Shown here: one piece after another, positions 37,312 to 50,879 of the stretch | Numbering within the stretch: position 1 is the first letter of the stretch | How the letters are laid out: every line of letters starts with the position of its first letter | Assembly (NCBI RefSeq): GCF_016433145.1 | Contig: NC_058131.1 | Span: 268,018,956 to 268,082,955 of the forward strand | Direction: 5' to 3' | Origin: Gracilinanus agilis | Lineage: Eukaryota | Length of the DNA stretch: 64,000 nt | Notes under the pieces: model-generated | Told to the model about the DNA's origin: nothing | The model's database searches: none | The model's input: only the letters and a program-made list of their open reading frames with translations | Made by a program: the position numbers and the translations under genes

Positions 37312-38149
37312 TGTGAAAGGAAATTCTTGGTTCTCTTGGCCTATTCTGAGTTTATGTTAGTGAAAAGGGAATCCTTTATTCTCTTTGCCTAGTTGAAGTT
37401 AACACTTCAGTTAACAATAACTTAAGTACCCTTACTTAGTACCTCACCAGATTATGAAGACAGGATTAACTCTCCTTTGTTTACTTTTTGAATTGAATCA
37501 ACAAAAGCTTAAGCACCCCAATACTTAGCATTAGGTGGAGGAGCTGGCTACCCTTTCAACTCAATCAGCCAGGAAATGAGAATTCATACCTCAATCAGCC
37601 AGGAATCTGTGAACCCTTTTGTTGAGTCTCCAGAAGGTGAGAAGTGGTTCCCACAACAGTGCTAGGCAATTTGGAAGCTGTGATTGGCCCTTGTGAAGAG
37701 GGGAAGGGACAAGAAGTCACTATAAAAGACCCTGAATTTCTGGGGTTAGGGAAGCTGACTTCAAAGTCAGCTTCAAGAAGAAGGTAAACTCAAAGAAGAA
37801 AGTTGGCCACAGGAATCACAGTCAGTTCAAGTCATTGTCTTGACCTGCCTCTTGGAGGGAACTTGGGTGAGTTGGATAGCTGGCTTTCCCTTCCTGTCTT
37901 CTGGAGAGTTTAATTCCAGTTGAAGGTCAACAAGTCCTGGCTGAGTCAAGTCCTGGAGTAATATTTAGTTAGATAGGCTAATGTTTTCTCTACCCATTTG
38001 TATTTCTCTGCTTTCACCCTTTCCACCTCTTTTGTAAATAAAAGCTATTAAAGTCATTTCAACTTTGAGCAATAATACTTTGAATTGGCATTCATCATTA
38101 TTTATAATTTTTGTATATTTAGTCAAACTATTAATTTTTAACCTATACA
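37312..38149 (+). mobile_element. Solo ERV1-type LTR (838 bp) inside L2
   Basis: TG...CA ends, 4-bp TSD gagg/tagg, TATAAAA near 37721, AATAAA near 38037. Confidence 0.85.
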
Positions 38150-38454
38150 TAGGTCAGGAGAGATATTAAGGCTAGACAAATAAAATTTGGAAGTCATCTC
38201 CACAGAGATGATCACTGAACCTATGTGAGCTGATGTGACCACCAAATGAAAGAGAACATGGGGAATTAAAGAGAATAAGCATTTATATAATGCCTACTAT
38301 GTGCCAGGTACTGTTCTAAGTACATTTCATTTGAGGAAGACAGAGGGTCCAGGACAGAGCTTAGGGGACACATGATGAAGAGCTGTAATCTGGATAAAGA
38401 TCCAGTAAAGGAAATTGAGAAAGTGGTTATTCAGGTAGGAGCAAGCAGTGTCAT

Positions 38455-38900
38455 TATAATACTGTGTTCAGTTCTGAATGCCACAGTTTAAGAAGGGAAT
38501 TGATAAGCAGAATTAAGGCCACATTATATGAGGATTGGATGAAAGAATTAGTTTAATCTGGAGAAAAGGAATACATAACTGGAATATAACTGTCTTCAAG
38601 TTTTGAAGGACTCTGTCATGTGGAAGAGTGATCAGATCTATTTTTTTTTCTGGGCCCCAAAGTGCAGTAGCAGGAACAATGGGTGGATGTTTAAAAGAGA
38701 TAAATTTAGGCATGATGCTCAAAAGAACTTGCTATCAATTAGAGACATCCAAAAGTGAAATGGGATCCTCAAGAGGAGATGGGTTATTAGAAGCATATGT
38801 GCAGATAATGGACATATAACATTTATCAGGTGTTTTATTTGAGATTCCTTTTGGACTGGACTCTATGGTTAATGAGATCCTTTTAAACTTTCGAATGCTC
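38455..38900 (+). mobile_element. L3/CR1 LINE 3' end, right part
   Basis: tactgtgttcagttctgaatgccacagtttaagaag continues the L3 consensus at the point where it broke at 35875 (cagacctcat). Confidence 0.8.
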
Positions 38901-39016
38901 TAATTCTGGCTATATACATAAAAAATGGGGTTACTGAGAAAAGCAGGATGTAGGTTAAGGCAAGGAACAAGGAACTGAGGAAGACTTTACTAACTTGAGA
39001 ATTGGGGGTTAAAGTA

Positions 39017-39694
39017 TGTAAGAGGGAGATTTTGGGTATTTTATAGATATGTATTTAAAATGTGGCCGCCAGGAATCAACAATTCAGATTGATTCCGTAA
39101 TTAAATCAAACCCAAGTCAGCATCTGGTTGAGGCAGTTTATTTACAATTAGGAAGGTAAAGGTATGGGAATAAAGAGAAAGGGAGAGGCTAGTCCAGGCC
39201 TGCAGAGGCCTGGATGAGAGAGAAGGTTAAAAGGCTAAATAAATTAGGCTGCAAGCCATAAGGCCTAGCAACCAGATAGGCTGGTGCCTACTTAAGGCAG
39301 AGTTTGGAAGCAGCCTAGGTAGGCCGAGGAAGTCAGCCTAACTTACCCACGTGACAATACAGAGTAGAAGCCTTCTGTGGTCTCAAGGGAGGTCCTTCAG
39401 CACCAAGTTAGAAGCAGGAACTCCCTCCACAGGAAGTAAACAACATATTTAAAGAGAAAGTGTCTTTCATCACTTTCAGTGGGTCCACCTCTAATTCAAG
39501 TGGACAAATGGCAGTCTCTACACTGATTTTGGACTGCCCAAAGGGCAGTCCCTAGTTCTTGATTTGTTACTTATTGTCACGTGTGGGTAACTCATCTCCC
39601 CTCCCCATTAATGGAGGTGAGGATTACATCATTCTATGCCTAGGGTAAGTAAGAGTTTAGCTATGACTGGGCTAGAGTTAATTCCATTTACACA
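39017..39694 (-). mobile_element. Solo ERV1-type LTR (678 bp), sense to EHMT1
   Basis: TGT...ACA ends with a perfect 4-bp TSD agta (39013-16 / 39695-98). On the minus strand: TATA-like tttaaata near 39450, donor TGG|GTAAGT at 39346, AATAAA at 39142-39137. Confidence 0.9.
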
Positions 39695-41149
39695 AGTAGT
39701 TTTTCAATTGAGATTTAAAGGAAGAAAAAGAATTCAAGAAAGGTTATTGGAGGAGGAAAAGTATTCCAAGCATAAGGAATGAGAAAAATTTCAATGGCGT
39801 ATTTACGGGACAGAGTAGCCTAGTTTACTGCTTCTATTAAATGAAGAGTACATTATAAATATCCCTGATCTCAAATAAAAAATAAAGCTTTTTCTAGAGG
39901 CTAGTTATCATTCCTTTTCCCTTAGACAAAAGCTTCAAAGGCACTACTGGGGATGGGCATTTCTTAAGTCATTCTCTCTAACAGGTCATATATAGCTAGT
40001 GGCTGTATCAAAGAAATATCAATAGTTAAGAACTTCTGCTTAGCCTTTAGGGTGAAATGGTCCACAAACAATGGGGGACATCTATTATGCATTTTTGAGA
40101 AATGAGTATAAATTGTGGAAGTTGAAATGTTGATTTCAAAAACTGAAAACAAGAGCATGAGAAGTCAGGAATTCAATTCATAATCCATTTAAAATTGGGG
40201 GGGGGGAGGAGGTTGAGGTTGGGATGCAGTAATTTGAGGCATGATGCATGCACACCAAAGATGCTTTAACATATTGTAGAAACTGTATGGGGGGAGGGGG
40301 TGTATTTCTATTTTCTAGGAACTGACATTCTAATTGAGAAGACAATGCACACACAGGGAAAGCATGGGATACTTTGTCACTGAAAAACTTCAACAAATAT
40401 ATCAGCACAACAAAGAAAATAAAAGCACTGAGAAGGTAATGAAGAATTAGAGCATTATTTCTGCATATTTTTTCCCAAAGACAATGTATATAAAGTAAGC
40501 ACATCTAGGTAGAAATATCTTCAAGGCTAGAATTCTAGATTTGAGACTATGTAGTATAGAGGTGGTAATGAGAAGCTTAAGCCTGCTATAGTTGAAAAAA
40601 TACTTCTAATTCAATAAGCCCAAGTTCTAAAATTATTGAGCAGACATTATCTACTTCTTAAGAACTCTGGAAAAAATTGAAAAGTAGTATGGCAGGCTTA
40701 TACTAGCACAGTATCTAGGATACCATGGTAAATTTCAAGTGAATGTGTTTTGAGGGGAAAATCCTAAGCAAATAACTGATTCTAAGGAGTTGCTTGAGGC
40801 ATACAGAGGTGGTGGCACATGCACTGACTTAGAATTCATTCAGTTATTCTATAGACATTAACATTTATTCAATGCTTATTGAGAACATAATACCACATTA
40901 GGTGCTAAGAGAGATGGAGTTTATATAAACTATAGATCCTGATATGCTAGCTTCTACTAGGTGAATGACAGATAAGATAAAAACAGAAATATATGTTACT
41001 TTAAAAAAAGCAATAAATAAGCATTTATTAAGTATCTATTGAATGCCAAGCACTGTGTGGACAAGTTACTTATATCTCATGACAGAAATAGAATTTGAAC
41101 CCATCTGCTTCATTGAAAAGCTAGCACTCTATAGAGACTTTATGCCAAC

Positions 41150-41620
41150 TCTTTCAAGTCTGATGTCCAAGATAAGTCAGGAGCTGACACAAATATATAA
41201 GAATGTCATTCTCTAATATTAAGGTGACAAAAAAATATAAACAACTTTCAAAACAAGATCTGCATACCATTATATATGAAAAAATACTCCAATGCCCAAA
41301 ATAAAAAAAATAAGCAAATTTTAAAAACTGAAGTTTCACTTCATATACATCAAAACGGCAAAAATAATGATTAAAACTGTCAGTGTTGAAGGGTCTCAAG
41401 ATAGGCTCATGAAGGCACTGTTAGTGGAACTGTCAAATGGTTTGATCATTCTGGGGAAAAAAATGCAGTTATTTGAGAAAAACAATCAAATTGTTCAGAT
41501 CCATGAACCAAGTAATTCCACTACTAGGCATGTCTTACAAAGAAATGAAAGTAAAAAATAAATGTTCTAGATAATTCCAAAAGGTCTTTTCTATTTTGGG
41601 AAGTAGCAAAACCTGAAAAA
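41150..41620 (+). mobile_element. Old L1 ORF2 3' fragment
   Basis: gcactgttagtggaactgtcaaatgg...ccagtaattccactactagg resembles the L1 ORF2 C-terminal coding region. Confidence 0.6.
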
Positions 41621-42009
41621 AAAATTGCATACCTTGCCAACTGGTGAATGGCTAAACAAATTATGTTATCCTGACTATGAGGAACTCTCAATCTAATGGG
41701 GAAGGATAATATATCCCAGTCCATCAAAAAAAGTACAAACAAGCTATGTACAGAATAAACTGGAAATAATAAACAAAGACAGGACCCTATTGGGAAAGGC
41801 TTCTTTGAAAAAGACAGAACAATGGTTGGGACTTAAAGGGAAGAGACAGATGAGGAAGGAGAATATTCCAGGAATAGGACATAATATCTTCAAATTAGAG
41901 CAAAACTATATATACACCTTCTTTTTCAAATGACTATCTATAAACAGTTGCAATATTAAGATTCTAAAAGAACTATTTTGACATTTACCCTCATTAGAAT
42001 ACAGTTCTA

Positions 42010-42223
42010 GGGGGCAGCTGGGTAGCTCAGTGGAGTGAGAGTCAGGCCTAGAGACAGGAGGTCCTAGGTTCAAACCCGGCCTCAGCCACTTCCCAGCTGT
42101 GTGACCCTGGGCAAGTCACTTGACCCCCATTGCCCACCCTTACCAATCTTCTACCTATGAGACAATACACCGAAGTACAAGGGTTTAAAAAAAAAAAAGA
42201 AATCAAATTAAAAAAAGAAAAAA
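42010..42223 (+). mobile_element. Young SINE1_Mdo-type SINE with TSD
   Basis: ggggcagctgggtagctcagtggagtgagagtcagg...gagacaatacaccgaagtacaagggttt + A-rich tail. TSD agaatacagtt (41996-42006 / 42224-42234). Confidence 0.93.
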
Positions 42224-42239
42224 AGAATACAGTTTTCAT

Positions 42240-42880
42240 CCTTATGCAATTCCTTCAGATTGTATACTTGTAATTACCTTTATTTTTCTCATGATTTCCA
42301 TCTATTTCAAAGCTCCTTTTTAACTTGTTTTTCATCAAAAATATTTGAAAATTCTATTTATTTTATTGAAGAGCTATATTTTTTTTCAGAATATCTCATT
42401 CTGTGTTCTTTGCTTTTCTAAAGTTATAGTTGATAAATTTTGTGCAAGTCTATTTCTGGTTGCTCAATATTTGAATTCTTTCTACTTACATTTCTTTCTT
42501 TGTTTAAAAGTTCTTTATTTTGGCACTGATATTCCTTTTTCATTTTGGGATATTTGTTCAGGATGTGATTTGTGGATTATTTCTATTTTCATATTGGTCT
42601 CTTGTTCTAATATGTCTGGGAAATTTTCTTTAATGATTTCTTGAAATATGATATCCAGATAGGGGAGGGAGGATTGCTTTTATTTTGTTCATGGACTTAA
42701 AGTAATCCTCTGACTCGAGTTATTTCTCTTTGATTTTTCTAGGTCAGTTATTTTGGATATGAGATATCTTATATTTTCCTCCATTTTCTCATTCTTTTTT
42801 GTTTTAAGAATTCTTATTCTCTGGAAGTTATTTTTCCATTCAGTCTATTTTGATTTTTAGGAACTTCGGAACTTTTAGGA
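42240..42880 (-). mobile_element. Old marsupial L1-like fragment
   Basis: tctgggaaattttctttaatgatttcttgaaatatgatatccag...ttttctaggtcagttatt pattern, with a related copy at about 49590-50560. Confidence 0.5.
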
Positions 42881-42959
42881 ACTAATTAGCCATTAACTAG
42901 TTATTTCTCTCTCTTGCCACCCTACTTCATCCTTTTGTCATACTATATCTTTTATACCT

Positions 42960-43830
42960 CTTCTTCAGAATGTTTTATTGGTTACATGATGGAAACTCAT
43001 TCACACCCACAACATGATTTTCCATTATCTTCTTTGTGATGTTCACCTTTAGTTTTTTAGAATCAGTGGTATACTAGGTTTTGTTGCCATACAAGCATTA
43101 TTGACAAAATGTTTGTATTCAAAGTTTTTGCCATTACAGGAAGTCTGAGGTCAGAGAAAGTGCTTTAAAGTTGCCCATAAGCAATCCTGCCTATTTTTCT
43201 TTCTTTCTTTTTTTTTTTTAATTTTTTTTTAAAACTCTGACTTTCCATCTTGGAGCCAAGCAAAAGAGTGGTAAGGGTAGGCAATGGGGGTCAAGTGACT
43301 TGCCCAGGGTCACACAGCTGGGAAGTGTCTGAGGACAGATTTGAACCTAGGACCTCCTGTCTCTAGGCCTGGCTCTCAATCCACTGAACTACCCAGCTGC
43401 CCCCATATTTTTCTCCTTTTTAACCTAGAGCTCTACTTGTTATCCAGCCCATGCATACACATTTTGACAAGCTCTATATGTTGTCCAATCAAATCCAAGT
43501 TGAAATCTAGTCAATAACCTTCTCATCATCTGGTCTTCCATGTGTGGATGGATAGGCCAAATCCTTTGAGTAATGACAGATCTCTTCCAGGAGTCTCAGC
43601 AATATCTTGGATGTTGATATGATCAAAATAATGTTATGAACAAATAGAAACATGTGGAGGGAATCACTGCTTAACTTGGGACTTGTGCTGGACTTCATCA
43701 AATCAATTATTTTTGTTGAACATACATTTTCCTGTTTGATATCACACCTGATAATGTTCATCGCAGTCATTGACTAGTGTTTTTGTTTTTCTGTTGTTAT
43801 AGCTTCCAAAGAAACTTGAATATTGTTTCA
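42960..43830 (-). mobile_element. RTE-clade LINE RT fragment (split by a SINE)
   Basis: ORF 43507-43770: RCDIKQENVCS resembles RGIKQGDVCS, and LHMFLFVHNIILI...LLEEICHYSKDL resembles LQMLLFADDIVLI...LLxEIxxHSKEFGL. Confidence 0.75.
43201..43405 (-). mobile_element. MAR1/SINE1-type SINE with TSD
   Basis: Full reversed SINE. TSD tatttttct at 43192-43200 and 43406-43414. Confidence 0.9.
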
Positions 43831-44061
43831 TAAATAGAACAGATACCTTGTTGTGGAAAATTTGCTCTAACCAGTTAATGCTTTCTAATAATAAATAAAC
43901 AATAAGTATCTAAGATCTTATATTCTCTCTGTCTTTCAAGCAACTGTGAGATGGCAAAGATTTAGTCAACTGTTGAATTTCACTTGTGAAATGTCCACTC
44001 ATTTCCTAATACCTTCACTGGAGAAGACCTCAATTAGTATGTAGATGACTCATGATGATTT

Positions 44062-47000
44062 TGTATTAAAAGAAGGAAATTTAATTAAGTAGCTCCTCAT
44101 TTGTATTAATTTAAGAATCCTTTTAGTTTGATACATTGTAACTGAGATTTGTAGTAAGAATATAGTCCCAGGCAAGAAACTATGTATGTAACCAGATTAA
44201 GAAGGTAGTTCCAGGATGATACCTAAACTATAATTTAAAGAGTGTATATTGCTAGAGTAATTTCAACTGTTATATTAATCCTAAGTGTTATCATGCTAAT
44301 CATAATTGGGTTAATCCATTCTACAATGTACTCCAAGCAAGCTATTTCATGTAGCAAGTTACAGAGGGAAGAAGGTCATCCAAAGGTTATGGAGAGCTAG
44401 CAGGTTGGAAAATGGTGTGAGAGAGACCAAGAGACCTAGAAGGTCCAGAAATGGTCTCTGAGATCTTTTGCTGTGATGGAACCTGCAGACCTCTGGCCCT
44501 GTGGTGTCTCTGTCACAATAAAGAAACCAGATCTTTACTCAGAAGGGTTTCCCAGCATCTTATTTTTACAGGGATACCTCTCAGGACCAGGATCTGGATT
44601 CAAGATACAGAACCCTCCAGGGACGCCTGAATCCCGCCCCCAAGGAATCTTGATTCTGGACTCCTCTCTCACTTCAATTCCTCCCTTTCTGGGTTCAGGG
44701 AACCTCCACCCTTAAAAGAAACTTGTCATTCCTTCTTCCTCTTGTGGGCCCCTGACTGTTATGTGGTCTGTTTCAAGTTTGTCCTGATTTTTAGGTCTAT
44801 TTCTGTTTTACAGATTTCTGATTTTTCTTTTTGCTAAAACATAGGGAATATTTAGGTATTTTGGCATGTGCACATAAGTATTTTGGTCAAGAGCTTCCTC
44901 ATTCTGAAGAAAAGCCCTGGGACTAATACTAAATGATTTTTAGTTAGAGATTTCCCTCAGTATAAGGAAGAATATTTGAATGAGTACTCAATGTTTTAAG
45001 ACTTTCCCTCATAACAGAACATGGTTTTCTCTCAAAGAAGGCTACTCTCATCTATGAGATAGCAACAAAAAACCTGGGATCTTTTTTAATGTCTTAAAGT
45101 GAAAGGCTCAGGGTAAATTTTTACTCTGACAAGGACTCACTTGTTCAGAGAGAAAGAATAATTTCACTTGTGATCTGTTTCTGTTTCATTTTTGCCACTG
45201 TTTGTTCTGTTGTTTCTTTAAGTCTTTGACTTGTTATGGATTGTGTTACTCCAAGAGAAGCCTTTAAAAATACTCACTTGATCACCAAAAGCATTTTACT
45301 TTAGTTATACATACTCATACAAGGTCAGTTAGATTCCTGTGGGTCACATCCAAACTCACAGATACCTGTAGTAAACTTACTGTTTTGTTTATATGCAAAA
45401 GAAATTCTTAGACTAGTTACACAGGCTAGAAAGAAAAATGGGAAGTGAGCTGAGCTGTATTCCACCTGATAGCCCACTTGGGAAAAGGCTGCAAGCATGA
45501 GGGCAGAGCAGACTTCTTGTTCAGCCTGGAATGACAAAGGTTAAAATTCTGTGAGTATGTATAAAGTTTTAAAAGAAGCTATCTAATTACTTATTTGACA
45601 TAGTCAAATAATAGAATTTATAGGGACTACTCTTGAGAATTTTACACACAAACACTAGTAATTTCTTCAAAATATTAAACTTACTTGGGGGTGGGTGGGT
45701 TTGGGAATGGATCAGAGTTAAGAACTTAGATTTTAGAATTTACTTTTTCCTTTTAGAAAATAAAGGAGATACTCTACTCCCAGTGTTTTCTTTTCTAATC
45801 TGTTTATTTGTAGAATCCGTTTCAATTTATTTTCACAGATACTTTCAAACTTTACCTTAGTTCATATCTCTACCCTCAGTCTGGAGGGGAGAGGAAATTT
45901 TGAATAATAAAACTTACTATTGTTTACATATAAATTTCTAGGTGTTGTTTTCTCTCTCTCCCACCATCAATGCTGGCCACATTGAAATGAGACAGAAACA
46001 AAAAAAACCATATTAAAATAATTGGGAACTAAGTATAGGACAGAGAGAAATACTTTTAATTTCTCCATTGGAAATTTCTAAATTATACCCTGTTTCAAAA
46101 TAATGAGTATATATGTTAAAAGTTAACAATTCCAAGTTAGAGAATTGAATTGCTTTGAAAATGATAAATATGATAAATTTTAATTGGGAAGTATGCTCTT
46201 AGTGTTTGGAATTAGAAACTTAGAAAACTTTCAAGTTCTGAATATGGATATTATAATTCAGTATTTCAAAATGTCTCTCCATCAAACTTTACAGGGTTTA
46301 CAGATAGTACTTGATCCAGTGTACTCTAGTCAAAGTTTCCAATAATAATTCTAAAATCCACCTGGTGGACAAAATAATAGATTTTGATCTCTGATAACCT
46401 GTTGTCCATTATATAAGTTTTTGATACTGTTACACATCATTAATGGTTTGAATTTTGGAAAAGGGGAATTAAAGTCTGAGTTTTCAGAGTGATGCCCAAA
46501 ATGATCCCATTGAACTCTCATCAGAATTAAATTTCAAAAAAATGTACTAAGTAATTTACCCTGAAGTTACTGTCTAAAAACTAAATCTTTTTATATAAAC
46601 TTTGCTCTGAAAACCCCTTATGATCTTCTTGGTATCTTTTAATTAAGAAAATAATCATTGTATTCTTAGTATTGTCTCTGAAGCTCCATTCTGAATATTT
46701 AAATATTTGCCACTATATTAAAACTTCTGTATCTCACTCTTAATATGTTGTCTGATATAATTTGGAAGTAAGTTTTTCTGTTAATTGTCTTTCGACTTAA
46801 GGGACTTCTTAATATATCGCAATATAATTTGTCTAAACTATTACTACAAGTCTGATCATAGTTCTATACTGTGCTCCTGTTACTCCTTTTATTTCAAATA
46901 CACTTCAGCATTCTAATAAAGGAAATTGTATATGAATCTGATCACATGAAGAGATTTAAGCAAAAAGATAAAGAGTTTCTTCATGAAGTAAAACTTGTAC

Positions 47001-49582
47001 CATGAATGAGAAAACCTAGCAGAATAGTCTAATCCTGAAGTTCAAAAACCTAATATTGTATATCTTACCTCTCTATGTTACTCTTACTTTAAATTAAGAG
47101 ACTGATAATTGTTTCCTTGTCCTTTTCTGAGTATATCCTTGGAATTTCTTCAAATGGCTGAACTCCTTCTAGTCTCTACTTTTAGAATTCTCAGATTCTT
47201 GAGGGAATTGGGATATCTTGAGATATGTCGTTTCTTCCCTTCTAACAGACTAAAGATTGCTTTTACCTTAAGTTTTCATCTGATCATTTGCTACATGCAA
47301 ACTGCTGCTGCTATCCTGTGTTGAAGCCTGTGGTTCCTGTCTCCCTAATGGAGAACCTCCACTACTTCCTTTTTTTGCATGCTGGCCTAAAAGATGAGGT
47401 TTGGTGAATGACTGTGGTCTCTGACAGCTTGCTAATTCTGTGTAGATGTTAGAAATCATACTAGGTATGCCCTAAAAAAAATGATGTTTGAATCCATTAC
47501 AGGACTTTGCTATTTGAGACAAAATATTGAGAATTTTATGTGAATATTGTGAATTTTATTCTGAGAGTCTTCCTTTCAGGAATGATTGTTATGAGGCTAT
47601 TGGGACACCAGGCATGACATCAGCAAAACACAACTGGCTATTATTCCCTTGATAATGGTCAGAGGAACAACTTGGGGACACCCAGGTAGAACTCCATTCT
47701 GCCTCAGCTGTCAATTTAAGCCAATTCTAAGCCAGATCGGACCACTTTTGTCATTCCCATGCCTCTATCTTCTGCCTGAGATTAAGCAAGGAACTTGTTT
47801 ACTTATATCTCCTTTCTTCCTTCTCATATAGCAAACTCTTAGGTTTATAAGTCTGTATAAGTCTGCAAGGATTTTCTTTTACAAGTAGCATACTTTGAAG
47901 CATTTTTCTACAAGAAATGCCTCATCACAAAGCTCTCTGCTATATGCATTCTGACTTTGTTTCTGTATGTGTGAAGATCAAATCCTACAACATTTCTACT
48001 CTCTCTCTGGGTATGATAAAGCAGATCTTTCTAGTCCCACAAGTGGAAATGTATGACCCCTTTGCTAGTGCCATGATTAATAGTTTCTGTCTCCTCTTGA
48101 AATGCAATTATGCTGACTGTGAGAGGGTAGGTATGTATGTATGTAAGGAAAAGATTGAGAAATGTTTCAACTGCCAGGTGTCAAACTGGAAAAAAACAAT
48201 ACTGGGGGGAGTGTAAAAAGACATCTCTCCGGCAGTTACTAAGGACAAGAGTGTAAATGAGAAATTTTCTATCCAATCAGGCATGATTAGAATCTGAGTC
48301 ATCAAATGATCTTGGCCAATTATAAAATACTGGTTTGGAAAATGTTATTGTCAACCTATTCTTATAAAATTCCTAAGCACCATCATCTTTCCCATTTCCT
48401 CGATGTCATTCATTGTTCAGCTCACACCAGAGAAACTTATTCCCTTGAAATTATAGAAGAGATTCCATAGCATATCATTTGTGTAGCTTTGTTTCCAGCT
48501 ATACCACCTCCTACCACTCCAAAGTGACCAAACAAAACTCCTGAGTCCTCAGGTGAATATTTGGACTCTGACACTGACCTTGCTGATCACAACAACTGTT
48601 CCAGCAACTGTGACTTGGTTAGATATAACTTTCATTATTCCTGAAGAACCATCCAGACAACAGGCATGTGCTATTGTAGAGTTTCCTTTCTAGACCTATA
48701 ACTCTGGACTATCAGCACCAGTGGACCTCATTCCTGCTTGGGAACAACATTTCATCACCTGATGCAGCCCATCTCATTGCTGTGGACAATCCTCAAGAAA
48801 AGAACATTGCCATCACCTCAGATCAATAATTATCAACCCAGAAACCCCTATTACTTGCAGTCCCTTATACTTCTGTGCCAGTGTCTCCAATGACCTCTGC
48901 CTATTCTCATTCCTCTTCTTAAACTGCCATCTGGTCCATGCATCCCCCATAAAGTACGCTCTATGCATTTAGACTATATCGGTCCATTCCCAGATTTATC
49001 TGGGGAGGGCCAAAGGGGGGAAATATAAGAAGGAAATTTATTAAGCAGACCCTCATTTGTATTAGCCTAAGAATTCCTTTAGTTTGATACCTTTTGCCAA
49101 TGTGATTTGTAATACAAATATAGCCCAAGATAAGAGTCTATGTATGTAACCAGATTAACAACATAGTCCCAGGATAATACCTGAATTATAATTTAATGTG
49201 TGTAATATTGTTAGAGTAATTTTAAGTGTGGTACTAGTAAGTTACTATGTTAATCATAAGTACAGTAATCCATTCTACAGTGTACTCTAAGCAAGCTAGC
49301 TCCTGTAGGAAGCTACAGGGAGCTGAAGATCATCCAAGGGTCATGGAGGGGGACTTAACAGGTTCAAAAATGGTGTCAGAGATCAGGAGACCTAGCAGGT
49401 CAGAAATGGTCTCCAAGACATTGGGGTGGAGGGTGGGGTTAGTGTCACGTAGGCAAAAACATTTAACTATAAAAGCATACCTATTTTGCAAGATAAGGTC
49501 TCAGATTTTGAACTGGGAGGAAACCTGTAGACCTCTGGCCCTGTGATTTCTGTCACAAATCTACATCCACAAAGGTTTTTCA
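44062..49582 (+). mobile_element. Two-LTR ERV-like element with an apparently non-coding internal region
   Basis: Homologous LTRs at about 44062-44554 and 49024-49582 (shared ctcatttgtatta, tatgtatgtaaccagattaa, taatccattctaca, gacctctggccctgtg). PPT ccaaaggggggaaa precedes the 3' LTR. I recognised no pol motifs inside. Confidence 0.78.
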
Positions 49583-50879
49583 ATTCAATAGTATAGTTGA
49601 GATAGTAGGAATATGCTTGGGTACCTGTTGATGCTTCTTTCATTTACCTATTTTTGGAATCAGTACAGTTTGAGATTTTTCTTATGGCTTGGGAATGTTC
49701 TTTACCTTTGGGATACCTTATAAATTGGCTCTTCAGTGTTCTCATGATTTTAATTTGTTGGGTTCAGCCCCATTCTGGATAGAACAAAGTTTGCTGCAAT
49801 AAAATTTGTAAATCTTTAAATTTTTCTTCTTTTTGTAGTCCTATTTTTGTTTTTTTATACTTGAGTGACCATGAGATGAATTTGCTTAACTAAATAACTT
49901 CCCAAACTTTCTCTAGACTGATTATATCCTCCAATATTATTTGTTTCTTTGGGGAGGGAAAGGGTATCCAATCCTTCCAGAAGGATTATACTCAATTTTC
50001 CTGGGTCATTCTTGATTATAAGCCCATATCTTTTTTCTTTTTAGAATATTATATTCCAAGCTCCTTTCCCTTTTAAAGTTGAAGCTGCTATATCTTATGT
50101 GTGATCTTAAATTGCTTCTTTCAAGCTGCTTGAAGTATTTTTTCTTTGATGTAGTAACCTTGGATTTTAGCTATGACATTTCTAGGAATTCTCTTTTGGG
50201 GTTTCTTCTAGGAGGTTATTGGTGGATTCTATTTTCATTTTGCCTCTTGATTCTAAAAGATCTGAGCAGTTTTCACTTCTGATTTTTTAAAAAGTGTTCA
50301 GCATGAGGGGAAAAAAAATGGGTTTTAAGAAGTCCAATGATTCATCAATTATCTCTCCTTGCCCAATTTTCTAGGTCAATTTTTTTCTGATATAAAATCT
50401 TTCATTTTCCCTTAATTTTTCAACTTTAAAATTTTGTTCTAACAATATCTTACTGTCTCTTGGAGATCCTGGTATCTGTTAGGTCTATTATTATTTTCTG
50501 GGAATCTGTTCCTTGAGTAGGATTTTATATATATATATATATATTAAGTGGACTTAAGACCACTTTGCCACATTGTCAGGGGAGACTTCCTTTTTTGTCA
50601 CCTTTACAGACAAAGCAGTGTCTCTGGCTCACTTCTGGTTCCACTAGGAGGTTGACATCTTGTTTGCCCTGGATAGGTATAGGCTTTGCTGGTGGCCTCC
50701 TTTGCAGATGCCTTTCAATATCTGGATAAATTTTTGAGCAGTTCTGGGGTAGAGTAGTCACTTGCTGTTCTTTCTCATTGAACTTCTTGGCCTGGTAAAA
50801 TTTTTAGGTTTGTGAGAGCTAACGTATCTGTGTTCAACTAGCAATCTCGGCTGGAAGTTCCTTCTTAAGATTTTATAGA

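Larger units (their letters stand above)
35880..38450 (-). mobile_element. L2 inserted into the L3 and itself split by two LTRs
   Basis: Reversed L2 tail (agtcaatcagtcaaaaaacattta) at 35881. The L2 body continues across both LTR insertions. Confidence 0.75.

Noticed and set aside
43507-43770. ORF with DIKQEN resembling a kinase catalytic loop (HRDIKPEN)
   Set aside because: No DFG, APE or glycine-rich loop. The context matches RTE reverse transcriptase (GIKQGD...LLFADD) better.
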